Position numbers and translations under genes: made by a program
Notes under the pieces: generated by a model
Told to the model about the DNA's origin: nothing
Databases searched by the model: none
Seen by the model: only the letters and a program-made list of their open reading frames with translations
Source of the DNA: a virus
Taxonomy: Duplodnaviria > Heunggongvirae > Uroviricota > Caudoviricetes
Length of the DNA: 64,000 bases
Reading direction: 5' to 3' (one strand)
IMG/VR virus record: IMGVR_UViG_3300006204_000001
In this document: positions 47,005 through 56,460 of the stretch, in pieces
Layout of the letters: each line of letters starts with the position of its first letter
Numbering within the stretch: the stretch's first letter is position 1

Positions 47005-48191
47005 GTTATAATAGTTAACATTCTTTTTGCTCGTGTTATAGCAGTATATATTAATCGTTTTTGTAATTCATCATCATATTCTTCATTAGGATCAGTTATC
47101 AATGTAACTTTATCCCAATGAGATACACGTGTTAATGGTACAGGTAATGCATAGGCATACTTGAATAATATGGTCTCATCTGGTATTATTTGTCTACTGT
47201 TAAATTCTATATTATTTAAGTAATGTCTATCCATTACTAAATCATCAAATGATTCATCATAGAATTGTGGTTTAAAATCAATTGGTACATATTTTGTATT
47301 TAACACATGATGATTACATTTTGTCAATGTACCAACTGTTCCTTTAGTTAAAAATACTTTAACTTTTTTTTCAGTTTTATTGACTAATTTATGTTTATAT
47401 AAATTATTCATTACTATTAATCTTTCTCCAACCACATTAATTATATTTTGCCTTTTTAATATCCTTTCTCTATATAATCTATTTACTTGATCACTTAAAA
47501 CATCTGATAAAGTTATAATCATTTCTGATGATCTTAAATTATATAAATTCATTTGTTTCCTTGGTACTATTGATACATTATCATATGTACCTATTTTCCA
47601 TTTTTCATTATTCAATACTTTATGTGCAAAATATACTAATGGATTTCGTGATAAATCTGGATGTGCTTCTCTTAGTATAATATTTGCATCTCTTAAAAAT
47701 GTATATGTATCAGGTACTGGTAATAACATTGGATCTCTAATCAATATTATAGGTAGACCAAATGATGCTAAATCTGTTACAGTTTCTACATTTAATAACA
47801 TTGAATCAAAAACTATAATCAATTTGTATCTTGGATCTATTTTCTTTCGTACTGATTTTTTCCATTCATATTCTATTGCTTTACTATATGAATTTATAAC
47901 TGGTAATGTATCAAAATCTACAATCCTTGTATAATTATATATTATACTATTAATATAGTAAGCATGATATCTTTTATAAGCTAAATTTAACACTTGATGT
48001 TGATCATATGATAGATACATAATTTCTCGTTGTTGTAATTCAACATTATCAATGAAATTTTGTAATAGTTGCCATATACCTGTACCTGTTACTCCAGAAA
48101 TTTCTATAATTTGATGTGTTGATTTATAATACCACCTTTCGAGATTATGTAATCCTTGATATTGATCGTTAGTTAAAAACACATTAATCAC
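47001..48191 (-). CDS. RecD/Dda-like SF1B helicase homologue with degenerate ATPase motifs
   Basis: LTNDQYQG Q-motif, ISGVTGTGIW (Walker A without K), VFDSML, RDPMLLP, YAYAL, IYTAITRAK. Confidence 0.75.
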   Translation of the reverse strand: MINVFLTNDQYQGLHNLERWYYKSTHQIIEISGVTGTGIWQLLQNFIDNVELQQREIMYLSYDQHQVLNLAYKRYHAYYINSIIYNYTRIVDFDTLPVINSYSKAIEYEWKKSVRKKIDPRYKLIIVFDSMLLNVETVTDLASFGLPIILIRDPMLLPVPDTYTFLRDANIILREAHPDLSRNPLVYFAHKVLNNEKWKIGTYDNVSIVPRKQMNLYNLRSSEMIITLSDVLSDQVNRLYRERILKRQNIINVVGERLIVMNNLYKHKLVNKTEKKVKVFLTKGTVGTLTKCNHHVLNTKYVPIDFKPQFYDESFDDLVMDRHYLNNIEFNSRQIIPDETILFKYAYALPVPLTRVSHWDKVTLITDPNEEYDDELQKRLIYTAITRAKRMLTIIT

Positions 48192-48236
48192 CTCACTTTT
48201 ATTTATATTATGACGTTATGAAAGGAGAAATATAAA

Positions 48237-48632
48237 ATGGAAGAAATTTTATTAACAAATGATCAGAAAAACAAAATTAGAGAATTTTTCAAATCCAGTT
48301 TATTTGAAAAAGATAAAGATTTAAATAATGAGCAGATATGGTTATCATTTAAACAGTTAATGTATAGAACATCAGAATTTACATATAATGAATTAAATGT
48401 AGTGCAAAAAATTTATAAAAATTTAATGAATCTTAGACTTGTTAAAGATTATAAATATTTTCCTAATAATTTAAAAATTATTTTAAACTCTGAATTTGGA
48501 TATAAACATTATATCAATATGAATATACTTGATGATCTAAAGAATCTTAAATATATGCAGTATATTTTTGATGTATTTAAGATTACTATGAGAGTAGAAA
48601 ATAATCTACTATGTTTAGAGATGGTTAAATAA
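48237..48632 (+). CDS. Hypothetical protein
   Basis: 131 aa, RBS GAAAGGAG. Confidence 0.75.
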   Translation: MEEILLTNDQKNKIREFFKSSLFEKDKDLNNEQIWLSFKQLMYRTSEFTYNELNVVQKIYKNLMNLRLVKDYKYFPNNLKIILNSEFGYKHYINMNILDDLKNLKYMQYIFDVFKITMRVENNLLCLEMVK

Positions 48633-48694
48633 AATAAAATAAAAAAGATATTACGTACTTACTATATTATATTTTAAATTTAGGAGGAAAATAT

Positions 48695-49099
48695 ATGTTT
48701 GGTTTAAATGAACTATTAACTGGAGGAAATGATTTTCATGTATGGCAAGATACATTCACATTGTTTTTATTTTATTCATCAATTGGTATATTAATAGGAA
48801 TTATATCATTAAAGATTAAGAAGATAAAAAGAAAACCAGGAATTTCACTTGTAACAAATTTTACTTTAGCAATATTCATAGTTCTTACATTGGTAGGATC
48901 TATTTCTTGTCATAGTGAAAAATCTTATAGAAGAGATATGTTCAAAGCAAGTCAGTTATTTGATCAAGGTGAATATCTAGAAGCATATTATATTTATGAT
49001 CAATATGCAGATACAGACAAATCAGAAATAAATGTTAATAAAAGAAAATGTGTAGAAGCTTTAGCAAAAGGAGGATATTATTATGATAAAAATGAATAA
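48695..49099 (+). CDS. Two-TM membrane protein with TPR-like C-terminus
   Basis: Two hydrophobic helices, then ASQLFDQGEYLEAY. Confidence 0.75.
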   Translation: MFGLNELLTGGNDFHVWQDTFTLFLFYSSIGILIGIISLKIKKIKRKPGISLVTNFTLAIFIVLTLVGSISCHSEKSYRRDMFKASQLFDQGEYLEAYYIYDQYADTDKSEINVNKRKCVEALAKGGYYYDKNE

Positions 49100-49577
49100 T
49101 ATGGTTATAGCTGGTTTATTAATGAACAGAAATTTCTTTGTTCAATTAAGAAATATAGGTTTATCTATTTTGGTAATAAGTATTTTTATTTGCTTTTTAT
49201 ATTCTATCATCTTAATTTCCATTAAAATTAATAATAGATATAAATCAACAAACAAAGATCCAAAAAGATTAAGAAATAAAATATCTACTAAAAAAGTTAT
49301 AAATAATTTCTATTTTGTAATTTTAATTTCAGTATTATTTAGTATATTTCTGATATTATGGAAGAATGATTATGATATATCATATGAAACATATAAATCA
49401 GCTGAAGAATTATATTACGATGGACAATATTTAGAAGCATATAAATTATTAAAGAAATGGTATGTTACTTCAGATTATGATATTTATAACGATTATAAGT
49501 TATTAGAATATCTTGTAGAACTTAGAATAAAAGAAGTATATATGAAAGGAAAGGAAGTAATTGAAAATGATAAGTAA
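49083..49577 (+). CDS. Two-TM membrane protein, paralogue of the previous gene
   Basis: Two hydrophobic helices, then AEELYYDGQYLEAY. Confidence 0.75.
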   Translation: MIKMNNMVIAGLLMNRNFFVQLRNIGLSILVISIFICFLYSIILISIKINNRYKSTNKDPKRLRNKISTKKVINNFYFVILISVLFSIFLILWKNDYDISYETYKSAEELYYDGQYLEAYKLLKKWYVTSDYDIYNDYKLLEYLVELRIKEVYMKGKEVIENDK

Positions 49578-49863
49578 AGATGCTATCTATGATATGGATA
49601 AAGCACAACATGAGATTGCAGATAAGAAATTATTGCTCGATGTAAAAGTTGAGACCCAAGTTATTTTACAACTTCTTGTAGAGAAGGGAATATGTACTAG
49701 GGAGGAGGTATCTAATACACGTGAAAAAGTAAAATCACAACCACATTATGCTACATTATATCAATATCTAGATAATAGTGCAGAAAAAGCTCAATATCTA
49801 AAAGACAATCCAGAAAAACATTTAAAAGGTTTATTCAATGCGAAACTAAAAGGAGATTTGTAA
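49561..49863 (+). CDS. Hypothetical protein
   Basis: 100 aa. QVILQLLVEKGICTREEV is a common small phage protein motif. Confidence 0.75.
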   Translation: MKMISKDAIYDMDKAQHEIADKKLLLDVKVETQVILQLLVEKGICTREEVSNTREKVKSQPHYATLYQYLDNSAEKAQYLKDNPEKHLKGLFNAKLKGDL

Positions 49864-49864
49864 A

Positions 49865-50566
49865 ATGTATATCGATTATAACAAATATAATTTTAAAGGT
49901 AAAATTGTAACTATTTCATCTTCTTTAAAATTTAAATCAGAAATAAAATCAATAAAAAAATATTTAATAAAAAAAGGTGCAATAGTACATACCCCTGAAT
50001 CATGGAAAGATTTATTTAATAAAGAACCATCAAAACAAGAATTAGATCAAATAGTTAAAAATTATGATAAGATGATTTCTAAATCTGATGTTTTATTTGT
50101 AATAAATAAAAATAATTACATTGGAGATTCAGTAGAACATGAAATTGAAGTTGCAAAAAATATAGTAAATGGACCAGATATAATTTATTATGAACCAACT
50201 ATATTTGTTACATTAATTGGATCTGAAAAATTCAGTAAATTATTTTATGATGTTCAATTAACATTTATTTCTCAAAAGAATATTCATTATGTAATATTGA
50301 GACCCGAGACTTTTAAAGTTAGAGAAAAGTCTGTATTAAGTAATGAGGAATGGGAAAAATTTCATAAATTACATCAAATAAAAATGGATCTAGCTGATAT
50401 AATTTATGTTATAAATCCAAATGGTTATATTGGCCCAGATACACAAAGGGAAATTGAATATTGTAAATCATTAAAATACGATATACATTATTTTTATAAA
50501 GATGATGATCCATTTAATTTAATCTTTAAAGATTTAAAAGATAATTTAGATATGAAAGGAGTATAA
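49865..50566 (+). CDS. Tandem nucleoside-deoxyribosyltransferase-like (NDT-fold) protein
   Basis: Two repeats: VTISSS...KMISKSDVLFVINKNNYIGDSVEHEIEVA and VTLIGS...KMDLADIIYVINPNGYIGPDTQREIEYC. Confidence 0.65.
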   Translation: MYIDYNKYNFKGKIVTISSSLKFKSEIKSIKKYLIKKGAIVHTPESWKDLFNKEPSKQELDQIVKNYDKMISKSDVLFVINKNNYIGDSVEHEIEVAKNIVNGPDIIYYEPTIFVTLIGSEKFSKLFYDVQLTFISQKNIHYVILRPETFKVREKSVLSNEEWEKFHKLHQIKMDLADIIYVINPNGYIGPDTQREIEYCKSLKYDIHYFYKDDDPFNLIFKDLKDNLDMKGV

Positions 50567-50567
50567 T

Positions 50568-51260
50568 ATGCAAGCGTTTAAGTTTAATTTAGGAAGTAAT
50601 GTTTTTATAAGAAATAGAGATAGAGAAGGTATATTTGGTATAGTAGATAAAATATATCCAGTAGATCCGGAAGATAATATTAATGAAGTAAGATATAGGG
50701 TTGCGTTTCCTACAGGGTATATTATTACCGGTGAATCTAATCTTATATCTATTGAAGAATATGAATCAAAATTAGATGGCAATATAAGTTCTATACAAAC
50801 ATTCAATATATTTGATTATCTCTCTGAAGATGAAATAAAACGTATTGTGACTGAAAGATGTAAAAATGCAGTTACTGAAAAAATCGATGGTATCTTAAAG
50901 GTTAGACAAGATGCTAATATTTCTTTAGTAGATCAAATAATATCTAATGTAGCTAAAGAATATGCAGATAAATTATATCCAGATGTAAATCCAGATGTAT
51001 TAGATATCATAAAAGATATTATAAATAAAAAGTCTGAAAATGAAGATGATTATGATAATTTTAGATACCAATTGAATTATAGATTACAAAATGTTGTAAA
51101 AGAATACATAGAGAAAAATAAAGAGTATTTATTTACTCTTATAAAAGATTCTGTAGAAAGTGCATGTAAAACATTGGCTATGGAAACATTTATAAGTAAA
51201 TTAATCAATGCTATGGACTTTAAACAAATCATATTGGATATAATAAAAGAATCTGAGTAA
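50568..51260 (+). CDS. Hypothetical protein with N-terminal SH3/KOW-like module
   Basis: FKFNLGSNVFIR...GIVDKI...YRVAF. Confidence 0.7.
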   Translation: MQAFKFNLGSNVFIRNRDREGIFGIVDKIYPVDPEDNINEVRYRVAFPTGYIITGESNLISIEEYESKLDGNISSIQTFNIFDYLSEDEIKRIVTERCKNAVTEKIDGILKVRQDANISLVDQIISNVAKEYADKLYPDVNPDVLDIIKDIINKKSENEDDYDNFRYQLNYRLQNVVKEYIEKNKEYLFTLIKDSVESACKTLAMETFISKLINAMDFKQIILDIIKESE

Positions 51261-51287
51261 AATAAGGGGGATTAAATCCCCCTTATT
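51261..51287. terminator. Near-perfect palindrome, bidirectional terminator
   Basis: AATAAGGGGGATT-a-AATCCCCCTTATT between convergent genes. Confidence 0.8.
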
Positions 51288-52347
51288 ATTTTTTCTTCAT
51301 AGAAATATAAATTTTATCTATAGTTTTATTCATTGTATTAATATCCGCCATAATATATTTAAGTATCACTCCAATTACATTAATACCAACACTTATATTC
51401 TGAATAGTATTAGTAACTAATTTTTGTTGTCCATGTGATAAATTAGCGAATGTACCATTAGCTTGCGTTTCTGAAAATTTATTACCTAAATCTTTTTGTA
51501 AATTTTCTAATGGTTTCACAAAAATAGATAATTCTTTTGATAGATCATATAATGCTTCGATATAGGTTGATTCATGTTTTTTACCATGTAAATCAACAAA
51601 TGTTATTGCTGTGTTACTACCAAAATATAGATCTACTACTGATTGAGATGACATTTCTATAGTAGTCTTAGTAAATCCTAGATTTTTTATTCTTTTCAAT
51701 TCATCATCAATTTCATTACATAATTTCATATCTGTATTAGATGTAATTATTCTAGCAACAAAGTTATTCTCACTATTAGTTACGGTTTGTTTTCTACTAC
51801 CTTTGAAAAATGTTGTCCACATATCTCCTTTAGATAATTGAGTTACTAATTCAATAAAGTTACTCATATGCAATATAAGATCTTTATTATATAAATCAGC
51901 AATATCTTCTGCCGTAATATATAAAGAAATATTTCCTTTTATTTTGTTCCTTACATTTTCTGGAATTTCATTTATTTTTATCACTCCTTTATTTATTGCT
52001 TTAGGAATTTTTTCTATCCATTTATATACAAAACCAGTAATTTTAGTTATTAAATGTATACTATTTATTACTAGATCCCAAGTAGATTTAATTAATCCAG
52101 CTTTAGAATCAGTGATATCATCATAAACATTAGCAACCTGTTTTGTTGTTTGCTTCGTATTGGAAATTATATTGTTTATCTTTCTTATTTTACTTTCACC
52201 TTTACCTGTAACTGCTTCAAGTATTAAGTCATTAGATGTTAATAAATATAACTCATCTAATGAATTGCAAAATTCTTTAAACTCATTACTATTAATAACT
52301 GAATTTAATATTAATGGATCTATTACATCTAAATTTATATTTTTCAT
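51286..52347 (-). CDS. Putative internal head protein
   Basis: Helical 353-aa protein with ILE^A near residue 45, resembling head-protease propeptide sites. Confidence 0.5.
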   Translation of the reverse strand: MKNINLDVIDPLILNSVINSNEFKEFCNSLDELYLLTSNDLILEAVTGKGESKIRKINNIISNTKQTTKQVANVYDDITDSKAGLIKSTWDLVINSIHLITKITGFVYKWIEKIPKAINKGVIKINEIPENVRNKIKGNISLYITAEDIADLYNKDLILHMSNFIELVTQLSKGDMWTTFFKGSRKQTVTNSENNFVARIITSNTDMKLCNEIDDELKRIKNLGFTKTTIEMSSQSVVDLYFGSNTAITFVDLHGKKHESTYIEALYDLSKELSIFVKPLENLQKDLGNKFSETQANGTFANLSHGQQKLVTNTIQNISVGINVIGVILKYIMADINTMNKTIDKIYISMKKK

Positions 52348-52435
52348 TATTTATATCCACCTTCCATATTAATATATTTTTTATCATCGAGTTCATGAAT
52401 ATATATTCTCTATATAGAGAAAGGAGAATAAAAAT

Positions 52436-52606
52436 ATGAAAGCAATTGAAAGATATGAACAATTTAAAGATAATTCATTCGACCAAGTTTTACTTTATAT
52501 CAAAACAGGTAAAATCAAATGTGGTCGTTATGCGAATTTATTTAAGATTCAAAAAAATAAAATAATAAAAGAAAAGGAGTTATTTAAAAATGGAAAAAAT
52601 GATTGA
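52436..52606 (+). CDS. 56-aa hypothetical protein (not in ORF track)
   Basis: RBS GAAAGGAG, MKAIERYEQFKDNSF...KNGKND*. Confidence 0.55.
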   Translation: MKAIERYEQFKDNSFDQVLLYIKTGKIKCGRYANLFKIQKNKIIKEKELFKNGKND

Positions 52607-52751
52607 TAACATTATGGAAACTGTGGGAAGAACAATTAAAGCAAATAAAGATAATGATTTACTTTTTAGAAAAGATCTACCTAATCAAAATAAAAATTAT
52701 ACAGAATCTGAAAATGATACTACAAGAAAAATTGAATATTTTACTGATTAG
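52590..52751 (+). CDS. 53-aa hypothetical protein (not in ORF track)
   Basis: RBS AAGGAG, MEKMIDNIMETVGR...EYFTD*. Confidence 0.55.
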   Translation: MEKMIDNIMETVGRTIKANKDNDLLFRKDLPNQNKNYTESENDTTRKIEYFTD

Positions 52752-52764
52752 AGGGGGCTCTTAA

Positions 52765-53379
52765 ATGATGATAAATGAAATGAAAACAAAACTAATTGAT
52801 CAAATGAAAAGTACTATATCTAAACTTGTAATTATTACTAGACATACATTAGCTAAAAAGTTTGATGTTGAAAACGAAGAATCTGAATTTTATAAATATA
52901 CAGGATTATGTATTGAATCTTGTTTAATTATGGATGAGAAATTAAGAGATATGCATAAAAAGGCATTTAAAATTCAGAAAGAAAACTATATTGAATTTTC
53001 AATAAAAGAAATACATGGTGAATTAAATCACATATCAAAAATAAAATCTGAATATTGGCCTCTTCAACATTCATTAATTCAGTTAGATGTAATAGATAAA
53101 AGAGATGGATCTAAATTATTTTCTATATGGATAGATCCTACATCAGAACAATTTCAACAATATTCAAATTATATACCTGCAATGTATATCGATACAAAGA
53201 AACCATGGTATTTCTTACCAGATCGTAAAAATCCTGCATTTAATGGAATTAGTAAAAAATTGAATGAGAAAATTAAAATAACATATAAAGTAGACGATAG
53301 AAAAGTATCTGAAGGAATTGTCGAATTTTATCAATATGGAATTATTGGACCAATAAAAGATTTACTTCATAGATATTAA
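52765..53379 (+). CDS. Putative papain/transglutaminase-fold protein
   Basis: GLCIESC ... QHS ... WIDPTSEQF suggests a Cys-His-Asp triad. Confidence 0.5.
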   Translation: MMINEMKTKLIDQMKSTISKLVIITRHTLAKKFDVENEESEFYKYTGLCIESCLIMDEKLRDMHKKAFKIQKENYIEFSIKEIHGELNHISKIKSEYWPLQHSLIQLDVIDKRDGSKLFSIWIDPTSEQFQQYSNYIPAMYIDTKKPWYFLPDRKNPAFNGISKKLNEKIKITYKVDDRKVSEGIVEFYQYGIIGPIKDLLHRY

Positions 53380-53387
53380 TTAAAAAA

Positions 53388-53415
53388 AGAAATAGGGACA
53401 CTAGTCCCTATTTCT
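53388..53415. terminator. Bidirectional terminator
   Basis: AGAAATAGGGAC-acta-GTCCCTATTTCT. Confidence 0.75.
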
Positions 53416-56400
53416 AAAATCTTTCCAACCATCTAAATCAACTTCATTATTATTTATTTTTGTCTCTTTCTTTCTAGCCATCATAAGAATATTATCTTCT
53501 TCTGACCATCTACCTGTATTAGGTTCACCGTTAAACCATACTGATGAATATTCATTAGGATCTATATCATGTTGATTCTTAAAGAATTTAACTTCATCTA
53601 CCATATGTAATGAACCCATTCTTTCTTCTCTAACATGTGCATCGAATCCTTCTGTTGTCATAGTTAGCATTTCAGACCTATCTTTTATAATAATACTATG
53701 TTTCATTCGATGTTCAGTATCATATAAGCCAAACTGCGATTCATATCCTCTATTAGCTAATGTAATAAAGTTAATAACAAAATTGACATCATCAAATAGC
53801 TTAAACATATTTGAATTTCCACCAGAATCAATTTTATCATCAAATATAAATCTTAATCCAGTTTTAGCAATATCAACAAATGAAGATTTAAAATGTTCTA
53901 TTAATGATATTAATGGTCTAAAGAATGATTCTTGTCCTAATATAGATTGTTCAAAATATTTCATATGCAGATCTAATTCAGTTTCTATGGATAATATTAA
54001 TTTCATTATATCTTCCATCCATGCAGATTTATTAAGATTAAATCTATCATCTTTATATAATAAATCATATAAAGTACGATTTTTTCTATATAAATATTCC
54101 TGATATGTTGTAGGAGCTTTAGCAAATCCACTAACATCCATTAATATCTTTTCTTTTAATATTTGCTTATAAATAGATGATCTTATATTAGATGGTAATC
54201 TTTCACCTTTAGTATATGACAATCCATTACTATTGAGAATTGGTGTGTTAACTTGAAAGAATGCATTAAACAATCCTTCATCTGGGAGTTTATCTATTAA
54301 TTCAATAGCTTTATTTACTGCATCTTCATTCACTTCCCATCCAATTTCATCATCACTATAATCCATGAATATTCTCATATGATCATCAGGTTGATCTTGG
54401 AATGATTCAAGTTCTCTTATATCCTCACAATTTAATATATCATGAAAATATAAGTATCCTCTATCATCTTCACCATATGGAGTATCTAATGTTATATGAA
54501 TAAAATAAGGAATCTCATTACCTTCTGATACAAATGGTGAATGGTAACGTGATATGCCAAATGATTCAACTGTTACTACTTCGCCTGTAATTGTTCTTGG
54601 ATAAAAGTGTTTATATGCCTTTATTTCATCTGATGTTATGTTATATTTTTTACATATGGTGATTAAAGGTAATTCATAATCATCCAAAAAGGTATTATGA
54701 TTAATATCATATGTATATAATGCTCTATATATACTTTCATATTCTACATATTCATGTCTATTAGTTGCATTAACAATTTTACTTTCTAACCATTCTCTCA
54801 TTGGATATAATACTTCATTAAATAATCTATTTATATCTGTTTTATCGGTAATAGTAAGATTATTTAAATACTTTATTATCCTATCTCTATCAACATATTT
54901 AGTTGTATCTAGAAATTCATTAAATGAATCAAAATTAAGTTCAAAATTAAATCCTGCTGTTGATAATAATTTTGTTTCATTTGTAATTATTTCTCCAGGT
55001 AAATCATTGATCATACACATAGCTGATATAATAGTAACCATAATATCATATATAGATATCATTTTTGTACCAAATAACTCTGGTATCTCAATATAGAATG
55101 TATCTGTAGATGATTTATTATCCAATATCATACGTGAGAAATATATAGATTCAAACATATATTCCATTTGATGTATAACTGCTTCTATTGTTATATATTT
55201 AGAATCGCTTATTGAGTAATTAGATTCCTCTAATATTTTTTGTACATCGGGAGTATCCCACCAGGTAGGATCATTACTAACAATAGACTCATAACTATAT
55301 ATAGGAGCTTTTCCATTTGATATCGTATCATAAATATTTTTATCTTGTAAATCAATTTGTAAAAAGTATGGTTTTACTTTATCTTTTACTTTATAATTAT
55401 CATCTTTATCAAATTGCTGACCTTTCATCAATAATAGTTTACTGATAATAATATCTTGATAACCTAATATCTCTATTAGATCATAATAAATATCATCTGT
55501 ACCACGTTCACGTATTAATTTTAACATATTAATACATAAATTCCTTCTAATTTCATTTGTTAATAGAAGTTTATTGTCGATACCATATGTTGATAACATT
55601 ATATGAAGTATAGCATCATCTAAAAATTGTTTACTTGTAATTGATTCTAATGCTTTATTTGGTATCTGCATTAAAGTAAACATCATTATTAGTGATCCCA
55701 TAAAATTTCTATAACCTTCAAATACATCTTCAAGCTGTTTATTATAAAGAGTAGTCATTACATATTCTCTATAGCTTGCATATAATTTACTAAATGTATC
55801 TATAAGATTAGGATTAATATCAGATCTGTTCAATAAATATCTTATAATTTCAAAATCCTTGGCATTTCGTGCAACAAAGATATCTATTTTATACATACCT
55901 AAATATTTTAGATATTTTTTATCAGGATTATTCTTTAATACTTCTTTGTATTCATCCGTACTCATATAATTATTTTGTATCAATGGAGATAGTAGATGTA
56001 CAGGATCATTAGAAGCATGTAATTGATTTCTGATAGGTTCACTAAGATATATAAAATCTTCCTTCTTAGTATCAATTGGAGGTAATCCATTTAGCATTCT
56101 ATAATATTCATTCTGCTCTTCATATTGTGACATGAACTTTTTACGTCCAATTTGAAGAAGATGATCTCTATAAATCATAGGAACTGTAAATGGATTACTT
56201 TTATATTGATTATATTGATCATAAGATAAATTTGTAACTATAGATTGAAACATTCCAAAATCCCAATATTCACTATATGTAGAATACTGATCTTTTTGAT
56301 ATTTTGCATTCATCCACATAGCTGCTAATCTTTTAATTTCTGGAGTTTCAAATTTATTTGCTTCGGCTTCATCTTTTAATACAATATAATCTAATATCTT

Positions 56401-56460
56401 TTTTATATCATTAAAGATATTTTGAAGTGGATCTATTCTATTAGAATCATTAGATGCCAT
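53401..56460 (-). CDS. Large putative virion structural protein (baseplate-like)
   Basis: 1019 aa, YYRMLNGLPP, IRERGTD. Structural role is inferred. Confidence 0.55.
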   Translation of the reverse strand: MASNDSNRIDPLQNIFNDIKKILDYIVLKDEAEANKFETPEIKRLAAMWMNAKYQKDQYSTYSEYWDFGMFQSIVTNLSYDQYNQYKSNPFTVPMIYRDHLLQIGRKKFMSQYEEQNEYYRMLNGLPPIDTKKEDFIYLSEPIRNQLHASNDPVHLLSPLIQNNYMSTDEYKEVLKNNPDKKYLKYLGMYKIDIFVARNAKDFEIIRYLLNRSDINPNLIDTFSKLYASYREYVMTTLYNKQLEDVFEGYRNFMGSLIMMFTLMQIPNKALESITSKQFLDDAILHIMLSTYGIDNKLLLTNEIRRNLCINMLKLIRERGTDDIYYDLIEILGYQDIIISKLLLMKGQQFDKDDNYKVKDKVKPYFLQIDLQDKNIYDTISNGKAPIYSYESIVSNDPTWWDTPDVQKILEESNYSISDSKYITIEAVIHQMEYMFESIYFSRMILDNKSSTDTFYIEIPELFGTKMISIYDIMVTIISAMCMINDLPGEIITNETKLLSTAGFNFELNFDSFNEFLDTTKYVDRDRIIKYLNNLTITDKTDINRLFNEVLYPMREWLESKIVNATNRHEYVEYESIYRALYTYDINHNTFLDDYELPLITICKKYNITSDEIKAYKHFYPRTITGEVVTVESFGISRYHSPFVSEGNEIPYFIHITLDTPYGEDDRGYLYFHDILNCEDIRELESFQDQPDDHMRIFMDYSDDEIGWEVNEDAVNKAIELIDKLPDEGLFNAFFQVNTPILNSNGLSYTKGERLPSNIRSSIYKQILKEKILMDVSGFAKAPTTYQEYLYRKNRTLYDLLYKDDRFNLNKSAWMEDIMKLILSIETELDLHMKYFEQSILGQESFFRPLISLIEHFKSSFVDIAKTGLRFIFDDKIDSGGNSNMFKLFDDVNFVINFITLANRGYESQFGLYDTEHRMKHSIIIKDRSEMLTMTTEGFDAHVREERMGSLHMVDEVKFFKNQHDIDPNEYSSVWFNGEPNTGRWSEEDNILMMARKKETKINNNEVDLDGWKDFRNRD

